A DNA stretch of 64,000 bases, taken from NCBI GenBank assembly GCA_964016885.1, contig OZ024754.1, positions 41,416,001 through 41,480,000 of the forward strand, read 5' to 3'. Below are positions 11,992 to 24,078 of this stretch, in pieces. Position 1 is the first letter of the stretch. Each line of letters starts with the position of its first letter. The position numbers were made by a program, and so were the translations under genes. Source of the stretch: Eledone cirrhosa. Lineage: Eukaryota. The notes under the pieces were generated by a model. That model saw only the letters and a list, made by a program, of their open reading frames with translations. It was not told the DNA's origin and made no database searches.

Positions 11992-12470
11992 TTGGTGGTG
12001 GTGGTGGTGGTGGTGGTGGTGGTGGTGGTGGTGGTGGTGGTGGTGGTGTTGTTTACTACTGACAACAACAGTATTGGTGGTGGTGGAGGTGGTGATGGTG
12101 GTGGTGGTGGTGGTGGTGGTGGTGGTGGTGGTGATGGTTGTGGTGGTGGTGGTGTTGGTGGTGGTGTTGGTGGTGTTTACTACTGACAACAACAGTATTG
12201 GTGGTGGTGGTGGTGGTGGTGGTGGTGGTGGTGGTGGTGGTGTTTACTACTGACAACAACAGTATTGGTGGTGGTGGAGGTGGTGATGGTTGTGGTGGTG
12301 GTGGTGGTGTTGGTGGTGGTGGTGGTGTTTACTACTGACAACAACAGTATTGGTGGTGGTGGAGGTAGTGATAGTAGTGGTGGTGGTGGTGGTGGTGGTG
12401 GTGTTGGTGGTGGTGGTGGTGTTTACTACTGACAACAACAGTATTGGTGGTGGTGGAGGTAGTGATAGTA
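11992..12470. repeat. (GTG)n plus spacer satellite, inverted counterpart of 1545-2490
   Basis: Spacer gtttactactgacaacaacagtattgg is the reverse complement of the spacer at 1561. Confidence 0.95.
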
Positions 12471-12533
12471 GTGGGCGATGGTATGGCTAGCCATAGTGAT
12501 AATGATGATGATATATTATTATAGTGGTAGTTG

Positions 12534-12692
12534 GGTGGTGGATGGCAGTATCGGTAGAGGGTCGGACGCCATGTTTTCCAGCATAGTTACGTCCCTTTAC
12601 GATCTGAGTTCAAATCCCGCCGAGGTCGATAAAATAAAGTACCAGTAATGCACTGGGTAATTGCTGGCCTTGTGCCTAAAGTAGAAACAATT
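12534..12692 (+). mobile_element. Meta-domain SINE (internally deleted) with TSD
   Basis: TSD ttattatagtggtagttg at 12516-12533 and 12691-12708. Confidence 0.92.
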
Positions 12693-12740
12693 ATTATAGT
12701 GGTAGTTGTTGATTCATTTACTACTGACAACAACAACAGC

Positions 12741-13460
12741 AAAAACAAGGAAAATATTTAGACATATGCCACCAAAAACAAGGAAAATATTTAGACATAT
12801 ACCACCAAAAACAAGGAAAATATTTAGACATATACCACCAAAAACAAGGAAAATATTTAGACATATACCACCAAAAACAAGGAAAATATTTAGACATATG
12901 CCACCAAAACAAGGAAAATATTTAGACATATGCCACCAAAACAAGGAAAATATTTAGACATATGCCACCAAAACAAGGAAAATATTTAGACATATGCCAC
13001 CAAAGCAAGGAAAATATTTAGACATATGCCACCAAAACAAGGAAAATATTTAGACATATGCCACCAAAACAAGGAAAATATTTAGACATATGCCACCAAA
13101 AACAAGGAAAATATTTAGACATATGCCACCAAAGCAAGGAAAATATTTAGACATATGCCACCAAAACAAGGAAAATATTTAGACATATGCCACCAAAACA
13201 AGGAAAATATTTAGACATATGCCACCAAAAACAAGGAAAATATTTAGACATATGCCACCAAAGCAAGGAAAATATTTAGACATATGCCACCAAAAACAAG
13301 GAAAATATTTAGACATATGCCACCAAAAACAAGGAAAATATTTAGACATATGCCACCAAAGCAAGGAAAATATTTAGACATATGCCACCAAAACAAGGAA
13401 AATATTTAGACATATGCCACCAAAGCAAGGAAAATATTTAGACATATGCCACCAAAGCAT
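12741..13460. repeat. 32-33 bp minisatellite, ~22 copies
   Basis: Unit aaaa(a)caaggaaaatatttagacatatgccacc. Confidence 0.97.
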
Positions 13461-14433
13461 TTATGTCCATGCAGTTAAAAAATACCAATAAAGATACACA
13501 GAATTAAGTTGATTTAGATGAAAGTATTTTGGGGTTGGTTATTTAAATTTAAAAAAAACCCATCTTGCTGACTATAAAAATGGAAGACATTTGCTCTGCC
13601 TTCGAGCAGGAAGAAATAGGGGGGGGGGAAAAGAAAAATTCTTTAATATCTTAAAAATAAATTTGAAGCAAAACAGAATTGAAATGCTGGTGGAAATTAT
13701 CAAATCTCTGCAAATTAAACTAATTTCCTGTACTGAATACACAAAAATTGAACAATAACAAAAACATGAAACTAAAAATAAAAAAAAAATACTTAAAACA
13801 ATAAAAAAAAAACCCCAAACTAAAGACATTGTGGTAAATGTTAACATTGTATCATATTTATATTATTAGGTGGCGGAGCAGGGTAATAATCTAAGAAACA
13901 GAACGTGGTGGTGGTGGTGGTGTGGTAGTAGTGGTAGTGGGCAGTGGTGGTGGTGGTGTGGGTAGTAGTGGTGGTGTTGATGCTGATGATGGTGGTGGGC
14001 AGTGGTGGTGGTGGTGGTGTGGTAGTGGTGGAGGTGTGGTAATAGTGGTAGTGGGCAGTGGTGGTGGTGGCGTGGTAGTAGTGCTGGTGGTAGTGGTAGT
14101 AGAGGTGGTGACTGGTGGTGGTGGTGTGGAGGAAGATAGAAAAGTACACAAGACAGCAAATAGAATATGTCAATATATTTTTCCTGCTGAATCAGTTAAA
14201 AATAATGAAAGAATCGGTGAAATAAATGGTGACTGGCAAAGACTGGGGAGAAGTCAATTGAAACATTTCGAAGAATATCACTTCTGTCTAGACATTAAAT
14301 CAAAAACTTGGAGCCAACCAAAATTGTTAACTGGGACCATTATTGGCCCCGTACGATGTAATAATAGACAACCTGAATCCAACAATTGAAGAATAAGCAA
14401 AGATGTAATTCTATTAAAGTAACGGGAATTTAT

Positions 14434-15070
14434 TTAACCATTTTGCATTTACATTACTGCAACTGCAGAGGATATGCGACGGCTGAAGAGAAATGAAGCA
14501 AGCATGCTCCGTTGGATGTACAATGTCAATGTGCGTGAACGACAAAGCATGGATGAGTTGAGAGGGAAACTGGGTATAAGTTGTGGTGTGCAGGAGAGAA
14601 GACTGAGATGGTATGGACATGTGATGCGCATGGAGGATGAATGCTGGGTAAAGAGGTGCCAGGAAATCCCAGTAGAAGGAAGACGCAGTAGAGGAAGACC
14701 AGGAAAAACATGGGCGGAGGTGGTGAGAGTGGACCTCAGATTGCTGAAGATCACGGAGGGGATGACGAAGGACTATGACAAGTGGAGAGATGCTGTGCTG
14801 AATAGGACCCGTCCCACCCTTGCAAGCAGGGAAAAGCAGACGTATGATGATGATGATGATGATGATTACTCTATACTATTATATTTTCACGGTAAAAGCT
14901 TTATCTTGTATACTTTTCTCTCCTGATATTGAATCTATGAGATTTTGATGTTATTTATTTTGAGAACAATACCTTAACATCAGTATGAGCAGCCAGATAT
15001 AACCAGTTTGAACAGAAAGAGGTGAGAGAATTCTGGCCAGATATGGCCAGTTTAAATGATAAAGGGTTAA
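14434..15070 (+). mobile_element. piggyBac-type MITE M1 interrupted by an RTE insertion
   Basis: ttaaccattttgcatttac...[RTE]...aaatgataaagggttaa. Confidence 0.85.
14459..14864 (+). mobile_element. 5'-truncated RTE LINE (same family as 35256-37869)
   Basis: Encodes MRRLKRNEASMLRWM...RLRWYGHVMRM...RGRPGKTW; (GAT)n tail; TSD attact at 14453-14458 and 14865-14870. Confidence 0.95.
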
Positions 15071-15091
15071 ATCTGAATATTTTTCTTCAGA

Positions 15092-15321
15092 TATCATCAT
15101 CATCATCATCACCGTTTTACGTCCGTTCTTCCACGCTAGCATGGGTTAGACGGGTTGTCCTGTTGTGGGCAGTGCCTGGTCGGCTGACCATGCCTTGCTC
15201 ATACAGGAACTGATTCTGGCTTGATTTCTACAGCAACCTCATTTACAGTGTGGGCTGGGTGCTTTTTCCGTGGCGCCTACACGTCCACTTTACAGTGTGG
15301 GCTGGGTGCCTTTTTGCCGTG
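15092..15321 (-). mobile_element. RTE-tailed SINE or LINE 3' fragment
   Basis: Reverse complement of the 38820-39027 type 3' end. Confidence 0.88.
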
Positions 15322-15325
15322 GATG

Positions 15326-15369
<44 letters not shown>

Positions 15370-15384
15370 ATATATATATCTATA

Positions 15385-15502
15385 TCAAAGAGGGTGTGGT
15401 AAGATACCAGGTGGACCATAATGCACCAGAGTACTCAATACTTGGGGTAGTAGAGTGGGTAATAGGAAAAGAGTCAGGGGGGATCCTGACTCTTTTCCTA
15501 TA
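15385..15502. mobile_element. Fold-back PLE-like element, family C (shortest copy)
   Basis: Tail homologous to 17075-17155; hairpin taggaaaagagtcagg/cctgactcttttccta; microsatellite flanks. Confidence 0.8.
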
Positions 15503-15685
15503 TATATACATACATACATACATACATACATACAGAGAGAGAGAGAGATATTCACAATAATAATTCAAGGGTAAGAAATTCTCGAGACAAAGGTATCCAC
15601 ATATGTTTGTACAATTATACAGGTGCAATGGCATAAGAAGATCTGAGAGTAAAGTTGTTAGAAGATCGATTCTTATCATATATAT

Positions 15686-15721
<36 letters not shown>

Positions 15722-15725
<4 letters not shown>

Positions 15726-15848
15726 AAGTATTGAAGTTTCCATTGAAAATTGAAAAAGTCATAGGAGTGAAGAGTGCTCTATGTAAGTTACAGAGCTAAA
15801 TTTAATGTATAATAAACAATACAATATAATTACCTCATTACCAGAGGT

Positions 15849-15850
<2 letters not shown>
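15722..15850 (+). mobile_element. (TA)n-embedded tail element (family G)
   Basis: gaaGAGTGCTCtatgt..tacagagcta...tacctc; homologous to 62025-62086 (-). Confidence 0.6.
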
Positions 15851-15879
<29 letters not shown>

Positions 15880-16141
15880 GGGGTGTAGATGTATGTGTGG
15901 GGTGTGTGGGGTGTGTGTGTGTGACAGTGAGTGTGTGTGTGCGTGTGTGTGTGTGTGTGTGAGACAGTGAGAGTGTGTGGGGTGTAAGTGTGTGTGTGTG
16001 TGTGTGTGTGTGATAGTGAGAGAGTGTGGAGTGTGGGGTGTGACTGTGTAAAAGTATATGTAACCTGGTAATTCAATAGCAACAGTTACTGTAAAGTAAA
16101 ACAGCAATTAACAATAGTCCAGAAATAAGTGGCTTTAGTTG

Positions 16142-16181
<40 letters not shown>

Positions 16182-16714
16182 GTGAGGGTGTGTGTGTGAT
16201 AGAGAGTGTGTGTGTGTGAGAGTGTGCATGTGTGTGAGTGTGTGTGTTAGAGTCTGTGAGTGTGTGTGTGCGAGTGAGTGTTTATGTGTGTGAGTGTCTG
16301 TGTAAGTATGTGTGTATGTGACTGCCTGTGTGTGTGTATGTAAGTATGTGAGTATGTGAGTGTATGTAAGTGTGTGTGTGTGTATAAGTGAGGGTGTGTG
16401 TGTGAGAGTCTGTGAGTGTGAGAGTCTGTAAGTGTCTGTGTGTATGTGTGTCTGTATGTGTGTGTGTGTGTGTGTATGTGACTGCCTGTGTGTGTGTGTA
16501 TGAGTGACTGTGTGTGTGTGTATGTATATATGTGAGTATATGTAAGTATGTGCATCTACCCTGCAGCACGACTATATTTGTTGATAAAGGTGACCATAAT
16601 TACACAAACCTAGTTTATTCTGCTATGGAGGGGGAAGCTACAACACAGACAGACACGTAGGAAAGAATAAGGTAAAGAGAACTAAAGATGGATATATATA
16701 TATATATATGTATA

Positions 16715-17054
16715 TGGCTTAGTGGTTAGAGCCTTGGCCTTGCAATCAAAAGGTTGTGAGTTCAATTCTCAGACCGAGTGATGTGTTGTTTCCTTGAGCA
16801 AGACACTTTATTTCACATTGCTCCAGTTTACTCAGCTGTAGAAATGAGATGATAGGGACTGGGGTCCCTATCATTCCACTGCTAAGTGGTCGTGGAGGTG
16901 CCACGGCAAAAAAAAGCACCCAGCACTCACTGTAAATGAGGTTGGTGTTAGGAAGGGCATCCAGCTGTAGAAATCAAGCCAGAATCAGTTCCCGTCCCAC
17001 TCTTGCAAGCAGGGAAAGGCGGACGCAAAATGATGAGGATGATGATGATGATGA
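16715..17054 (+). mobile_element. Full-length tRNA-derived SINE with RTE tail
   Basis: A-box tggcttagtgg, B-box gagttcaattc, tccttgagcaagacacttta domain, hairpin atgatagggac/gtccctatcat, and an RTE-type 3' end with (GAT)n. Confidence 0.88.
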
Positions 17055-17074
17055 TATATATATATATATATATA

Positions 17075-17256
17075 TAACGAAGGAGGTGTGGTAAGGAACC
17101 AGGTGGACCCTAATGCAGCACCAGAGTACTCAATACTTAGGGTAGTAGAGTGGGTAATAGGAAAAAGTTTAACCCCAACGGCAGAGCTCAAGCCGTTTCG
17201 ACGACTATTTCGAAACGGCTTGAGCTCTGCCGTCGGGGTTAAACTTTTCCCTATTA
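17075..17256. mobile_element. Fold-back PLE-like element, family C, with hammerhead 3' halves
   Basis: 47-bp arms 17155-17201 and 17210-17256; GAAA-cggc-ttgagctct-gccg-TC is stem III plus a GUC triplet; tail 17075-17154. Confidence 0.82.
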
Positions 17257-17989
17257 TTATATATATATTTATAACAAAAGTAACGAAGAGCGCCAGTATA
17301 AATACAGGGTCCTCTGGCCATCGTCTAGCTCACTCAATGAATCTGGTGAATTGCAGTTATGCAGCTGCAATCAACTGTTCAGAGTGCATACAGTTAGTTT
17401 ACTGTAGACGGTTGGCTGAGTATAGCTAAGAGAGAGGGGGAGTTAAACAGTCAAAGCACAGCTTGTACTATGGTGTTTAACAGGGAGAAAGTTTGATGTC
17501 ATCATAAGTGGCTAGCTTGACACTAACACAATGTTTCACACTGGTAAGGTGTTATAATAAGAGGAAGTTAAGAGGAGAACAGATGTTTCCAACCAACAAA
17601 GACCCCACTGTCTACTATGATATCTGATAGTAACTCTAACTAACATAGGAACAGAGTTTATTTCAAGGAAATATTTCAATTGCACAAATTATTGGGGTAG
17701 GTGTTAACACCCTGTGTTTAATATTCTTCAACGTCTGAGAAGCATTAGTAATTTTTAACGTTTTATGACTATTTTAAGTCTTAACAATCATTTACCATGT
17801 AAGAACATGTAGTGTTTGATACAAAATGTAAACTTTCTGCACAAAATTAGATTTAGAACTGCACAAAATTAGATTATTGAACATAAATAGAGGTTAACTT
17901 CACATTAAAATAATAATTGCAGAAGAGAGAGAGAGAGAGCTAGTAATATTTTAGACCACTGCTTTACAAACAGATCTGAATAAGTGGAA

Positions 17990-18150
17990 ACATGGCTGTA
18001 TAAGTTAAAAGAGTTCGTTTTACAGCCACATGGTCTCTAGATTCAGTTCACACTGGACAACACTTTGGATAAATATCTTCTACTAAAACATTTGGTTCAC
18101 CCAATGTCTTGTGAGAGGAATTTGGTGGACAGAAGCTACAGAAACATGTT
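17990..18150 (+). mobile_element. Old OR-like octopus SINE remnant
   Basis: catggctgt...actttggataaatatcttctacta...cttgtgagaggaatttggtggacagaa resembles octopus OR-type SINEs (from memory). Confidence 0.55.
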
Positions 18151-18199
18151 ACAGAGAGAGAGAGAGAGAGAGAGAGAGGAGGGGAGATATCTCTTGAAT

Positions 18200-18430
18200 T
18201 TAACCCTTTAGTATTTACATTAGTCTCTATATATACTATTGTATTTTTGTGGTAAAGGCTTTATCTCATATAAATATCTCACATAATATTGAATCTATGA
18301 AATTTTGATGTTATTTATTTTGAGAACAATACTTTAACGTCAGTATGAGTGACCAGTTATGGTTGGTTTGAACAGAAAGAGGTGAGAGAAATCTGGCCGG
18401 ATATGGTCGGTTGAAATGCTAAAGGGTTAA
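18200..18430 (+). mobile_element. piggyBac-type MITE M1, complete
   Basis: TTAA-ccctttagtattt ... aaatgctaaaggg-TTAA. Confidence 0.92.
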
Positions 18431-18659
18431 AGGTTCAAAACTAGCAGTAAACATAGTATTTTGTCTGAGAGCCATTTTTTTTCTGTCTCTCACAATCTAA
18501 CATAAATATAAGTAGCAATCTTGTATTTAACGCTTGATTAAGTACTTGTTGGTAAGAACATCTCATCCAAGCATCATGTAAACATTTGTTGACTTAGCAA
18601 ACCTCTACAAACATAGATGAAGGTTTATAAAAAAAAAAAAATATATATATATCCCCCCC

Positions 18660-18730
18660 CCCTCAAGAGCGTGAAACTAATAAACCTTTGTTTGTACTGC
18701 CTCTCTGTTTTGTTCCCGTTCCATTTTTCC

Positions 18731-18732
<2 letters not shown>
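18660..18732 (+). mobile_element. Short tail element (family F)
   Basis: Homologous to 8615-8692; ends in (TA)n. Confidence 0.62.
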
Positions 18733-18782
<50 letters not shown>

Positions 18783-19424
18783 TAAGACTACTCCCCCTCC
18801 AACTTTCCTCCTAAAGAAAAAAAAAAAACAACAACAAAACCTGATTTGTTTCCTCCTGAAATTAAAACTGATATTATTGTAGCATTCTCAGAATATTTAA
18901 ATACATCAAAAGTAGATATGCAACCATCCGTTACAATAAAGATACACAGGTTTTCTTTGATACTGTAGAAGCAACTTATACCTCAGCCTACACCACCTCC
19001 AAATAAAAACACAACAACAATAAAAAAAAAAATAATAAAACAAAAAAACAAAAAAAGGAAAACAAAAAATACCCATCCCCCCCCCTCTCCTCGATAGCAG
19101 GTCAAATAAAAGGCAGATCAGAATGGTATGGTAGTCTTGATAAAAGAAACATCAAACCTGAATGGTTACCATGATAAAAGGAAAGATCAGATCATAAATA
19201 TTCAGGTTTACCATTGGTTTAGCAAGAAGGAATTGCAACAAATATAAAGATAAAAAAAAAAAATAAAAAAAAAAATAAATAAAATAAAAAAAAAATAAAT
19301 AAAAATAGAATAAAAAAAACAATTGAGGGGGGGGGGGGGGTTATGAAGACAGCATATGAAGGAAAATTAAATATGTTAATATCTTCTATCTTCATATAGA
19401 ACTGAACTCCCATTTCTACATTCT

Positions 19425-19615
19425 ACATATATATATATGTGTATGTATGTATATATATATGTGTGTGTGTATATATATATATATACACACACACATATAT
19501 ATACATATATATATATATGTATATATATGCATATATGCATGTATATATATGTATATATATGCATGCATATATGTGTGTGTGTGTGTGTATATATATATAG
19601 AGAGAGAGAGAGACA

Positions 19616-19663
<48 letters not shown>

Positions 19664-19875
19664 GAGAGAGAGACACGTGTGTGTGTGTGTGTGTATATGT
19701 ATGTGTGTGTGTGCATGTATATATATAGAGAGAGAGAGACAGACGTGTGTGTGTGTGTATATATATATTTATGTATGTGTATGTATATGTGTATATATAT
19801 ATGTATGTATATATATATGTATATATGTATGTATATGTGTATATATATATGTATGTATATGTGTATATATATATG

Positions 19876-19970
<95 letters not shown>

Positions 19971-20100
19971 CCTACATGCACGAACCTAATATGACTGTAT
20001 TTTTGCATCCCAGTGTTTGTTTCATTGTGTGTGTGTGTATATATATGCACAGTGTGTGTGTGTGTATATATATATACACACGCACACACATACACACACT
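19425..20100. repeat. Compound TA/TG/GA microsatellite
   Basis: Direct inspection. Confidence 0.95.
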
Positions 20101-20570
20101 TCCATCATTTGATATGACTTTCAGAAATTAGAGATATCTTGTAATGCTCTTCATTGCAGAAAACTAAATAAGCTGTTACAATGGAGAGTTGTGGGAGTCC
20201 CAAAGGTGATTAAATACAGCAACTTTTATTGAAGGTCATCTTCTAAATACATAGGAACGCTGGGATAAGGGGAGGTAATCAATAAGAGTCAACAAGTTCA
20301 ACACTTAGAATCACATCAAAAACTTTAGACTTTTGTCATTTAATATGAAACATTAGAAAATATAATGTACCCCGTTGTACCCAGTTAAAATATATGAAAT
20401 ATAAAACTGCTGAAGTCAATGGTTATACATTACACATGGTTATACATACAATGGCGTCCAAGCCATGACCATCCCGTCGGTTTTTTTTTGTTTTGTTTTG
20501 TTTTTCTAGAATTGTATACCATGACTACATTATTCAATGTTGATGCACTGGTTTCAAATACATTACACTA

Positions 20571-20625
<55 letters not shown>

Positions 20626-20749
20626 GTAGGAGGTGAGTTTTATTGTAGTACAATAAAGCAATGCAGATATCGGATAAGAAGCACTCTACAGTTTGTGGGA
20701 CTGGAGTATGCATAATATAAGATCAAAAGATGGTTAAAGGAGTTCCATA

Positions 20750-20820
20750 TATTTTATTATGCGCATTTCAAAAACAAACATCATCAAACAATAATATTTG
20801 TGTTTTCATCAGATAAAACA
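20750..20820 (-). ncRNA. Type I hammerhead ribozyme (mirror copy)
   Basis: Reverse complement of 20924-20994 with one stem II difference. Confidence 0.8.
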
Positions 20821-20923
20821 GGAGAACATGATATGAAGGCTAAAAAACACTTGTTGATAGTGATATGTTGATTTAAAACTGCACTATCAACAAGTGTTTT
20901 TTAGCCTTCATATCATGTTTACC

Positions 20924-20994
20924 TGTTTTATCTGATGAAAACGCAAATATTATTGTTTGATGATGTTTGTTTTTGAAATGCGCATAATAAAATA
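20924..20994 (+). ncRNA. Type I hammerhead ribozyme
   Basis: Stem I tgttttat/ataaaata; CTGATGA 20932; long stem II gcaaatattatt/gatgatgtttgt; GAAA 20975; T-gcgc-A palindromic stem III; AUA with predicted cut after 20986. Confidence 0.82.
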
Positions 20995-21024
20995 TATGGA
21001 ACTCCTTTAACCATCTTTTGATCT

Positions 21025-21074
<50 letters not shown>

Positions 21075-21075
<1 letters not shown>

Positions 21076-21921
21076 AACAGCAATGTTACATGGCAGTGAG
21101 ACCTGGGCATTGTGTGCAGGGGATCTGCGCAGACTGGAGAGGAACGAAGCATAAATGAACTAAGTGAGAAATTAGGAATAAGAGGGATCAGATGCTGTTT
21201 ACTCGAGAGAAGACTACGTTGGTATGGTCACGTGATGCGCATGAAAGACGACAGCTGTATAAAAAAGTGCAGGGTGATTAAAATAGATGGAAGCCACGGA
21301 GTAGGCAGACCCAGAAAAACCTGGGACGATCTGATAGATTCTGACCTCACACACTTACACCTCTCCAAGACAATGTCACTGGACCGAGATCTTTGGCGCT
21401 ACGCAGTAATACAGAAGACCCGCCTTGCCCAAGTACAAAGCGAAACCTACAGTCAGTAGGCACCTCCTAACCAAAATACACCCCCACCCACTACCCTTAT
21501 CACCACCCCTATCTACACCTAAAGTTATGTCGGTGCCACAACATCCAGTCCTAAATAAATGAGGTCGTGTAGGTGTCACGACAAAAAAAACACACAGTCC
21601 ACGCTGTAATGTGGCCGTGTAGGTAACACGGTAAAAACCTCCCAGTCCACACTGTAAACGTGGTTGGTGTTAGGAAGGGCATCCAGCCGTAGAAAACCTG
21701 CCAGACAGTCCACGCTGTAATGTGGCCGTGTAGGTAACACGGTAAAAACCTCCCAGTCCACACTGTAAACGTGGTTGGTGTTAGGAAGGGCATCCAGCCG
21801 TAGAAAACCCGCCAGACAGTCCTATACGAGCAAGACAACCAATCTTGCCTCACGTGGGACAATTCCTGTCTAACCCATGCTAGCGTGGAAGATAAACGTT
21901 AAACAACGATGATGATGATGA
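21075..21921 (+). mobile_element. 5'-truncated RTE LINE, second family, with long 3' region
   Basis: AMLHGSETWAL...ERRLRWYGHVMRMKDDSCIKKC...GRPRKTW (internal deletion), 3' region with an internal duplication, (GAT)n tail. Confidence 0.88.
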
Positions 21922-22268
21922 TATACACACACACACATATATATATACATATACACACACACACATATATATATACACAGACACATACATATACACACAC
22001 ACATATACATATATACATATATATATATATATACATATATATATATGTATGTATGTATGTAATGTATACAGACAGATAATTCCCAAAAGTAGTTACCAAT
22101 ATCTCTTCATCTCAGAAATTTAGAAAGATATATTGGAAAATATATTGGAAACTAACAATCCAGCCAAATGCCAAAGTCAGAATTTATAGACCAAGCAAAC
22201 CTACAAACCCTTTGACTCGCTAACCCTCTTACCTCCCAGAAGACATTAGACATCTGCTTACTTCATCC

Positions 22269-22493
22269 TTAACCCTTTACCATTTACATTACTCTATATA
22301 TACTATTGTATTTTTGTGGTAAAGTCTTTATCTTACATAATTATCTCACATAACATCAATTCTATGAGATTTTGATGTTATTTTGAGAACAATACCTTAA
22401 CATCAGTATGAGTGGCCAGTTATGGCCGGTTTGAACAGAAAGAGATGAAAGAATTCTGGCTGGATACGGCCGTTTTAAATGCTAAAGGGTTAA
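22269..22493 (+). mobile_element. piggyBac-type MITE M1, complete
   Basis: TTAA-cccttta...aaatgctaaaggg-TTAA. Confidence 0.92.
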
Positions 22494-22559
22494 AAGTCGA
22501 GATGGTAAATTTGTGTCGCATGCAAGTGATGAGATGGAGAGATTCCTCAGCCTGACTTG

Positions 22560-22690
22560 TTAACCCTTTAGCATTCAAACCGGTCGTATCCGGCCAGAAT
22601 TCTTTCACCCCTTTCTGTTCAAACTGGCCAAAGCACCAGTAATGCACTGGGATAATTGCTGGCCTTGTGCCAAAATTAGAAGCAATTATG
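22560..22690. mobile_element. MITE M1 end (-) fused to a Meta-SINE 3' end (+)
   Basis: ttaaccctttagcatt...ttcaaactggcc joined to accagtaatgcactgggataattgctggcc. Confidence 0.75.
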
Positions 22691-22794
22691 TAAAGGAAAA
22701 ATCTGAATTATAACTACACAACTTTTCCATTCATCATTAGTTTCACAGAAAAGCCTCCCCACCATTAAAACAAACAAACACCTATCCACCTTAC

Positions 22795-22909
22795 CTGTAC
22801 TGAATGAAGGTAACTGCAAAACTGTTTTTCTCCTCAATTCTGCACCTGATGGTAGCGAAGTCTCATTAAAACAACAACACCTTACACATACCATCTAACA
22901 TAACATCTG
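22795..22909 (-). other. Candidate internal or 5'UTR exon of a minus-strand host gene
   Basis: Minus strand has acceptor ttctgtttcag| and donor CAG|gtaagg; unique sequence; no frame is open across the whole exon. Confidence 0.35.
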
Positions 22910-23627
22910 CTGAAACAGAATATATAGGACTCTTAGCATCACTTTGCACAACAGAAATGAAATGGTGACCCCCACCCCTGCCTCAGCCCCACCCCTCAGA
23001 AATACTTTGCCACACAACTTGTCAAGTTGTATAGAAAGGATTTTTTTTAAAGGATTTTTTAAAATATAACACCTTGTCAACGTTTGTTTTTTTGTTTCTC
23101 TATCTATCATGATAGGGAAAAGTTACTAAGGTAGCACAGTGTGGAAACAGTAGTGCTCAACATTCCCTTCTGAACGTCCTGTACCACATGAAACCACATT
23201 AGCAAGACAGGTTTGATAAGTACAAACCAACACTATGACTACATCACATTAAATCTTAAAATAAAGTACCAGTAATACACTGGGATAATTGCTGGCCTTG
23301 TGCCAAAAGTAGAAACAATTAATTCTTAACTTCCTGTACCACATGAAACCACATTAGCAAGTACAAAACAGTACTATGACTACATTACATTAATTCTTAA
23401 CTTCCTGTACCACATGAAACCACATTAGCAAGACAGGCTTGAAAAGTACAATACAGCACTATGACTGAAATTGCACCTCTGCCCAGACATGTGTAATACT
23501 GATCTTTGGCAAATATTAGACCCTATTAAAATATTTGACAAGTCATACTATGAGGTACGCTTGTGTAGTCATGTAGTTCCCAGCACTGTATTTTTACCTA
23601 TAGAGGCTTAATAACTTATATAAATGG

Positions 23628-24078
23628 TTTAACCCTTTAGTATTTACATTACAGTTTAACCCTTTAGTATTTACATTACAGTTTAACCCTTTAGTATTTA
23701 CATTACAGTTTAACCCTTTAGTATTTACATTACAGTTTAACCCTTTAGTATTTACATTACAGTTTAACCCTTTAGTATTTATATTACAGTTTAACCCTTT
23801 AGTATTTATATTACAGTTTAACCCTTTAGTATTTATATTACAGTTTAACCCTTTAGTATTTACATTACAGTTTAACCCTTTAGTATTTACATTACAGTTT
23901 AACCCTTTAGTATTTATATTACAGTTTAACCCTTTAGTATTTACATTACAGTTTAACCCTTTAGTATTTACATTACAGTTTAACCCTTTAGTATTTATAT
24001 TACAGTTTAACCCTTTAGTATTTATATTACAGTTTAACCCTTTAGTATTTACATTACAGTTTAACCCTTTAGTATTAC
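23628..24078. repeat. 27-bp minisatellite derived from the MITE M1 terminus, ~16 copies
   Basis: Unit gtttaaccctttagtatttacattaca. Confidence 0.96.

Larger units (their letters stand above)
20624..21032. mobile_element. Asymmetric fold-back PLE-like element, family D, in (TA)n
   Basis: 151-bp arms 20712-20862 and 20882-21032 (~3 mismatches), one-sided tail 20624-20711, (TA)n on both sides. Confidence 0.87.

Noticed and set aside
16715-16785. tRNA gene
   Set aside because: A and B boxes are present but continue into a SINE body; no intact cloverleaf was seen.
23628-24078. Telomeric repeat (taaccc-like)
   Set aside because: The unit is 27 bp and derives from the MITE terminus, not from (TTAGGG)n.
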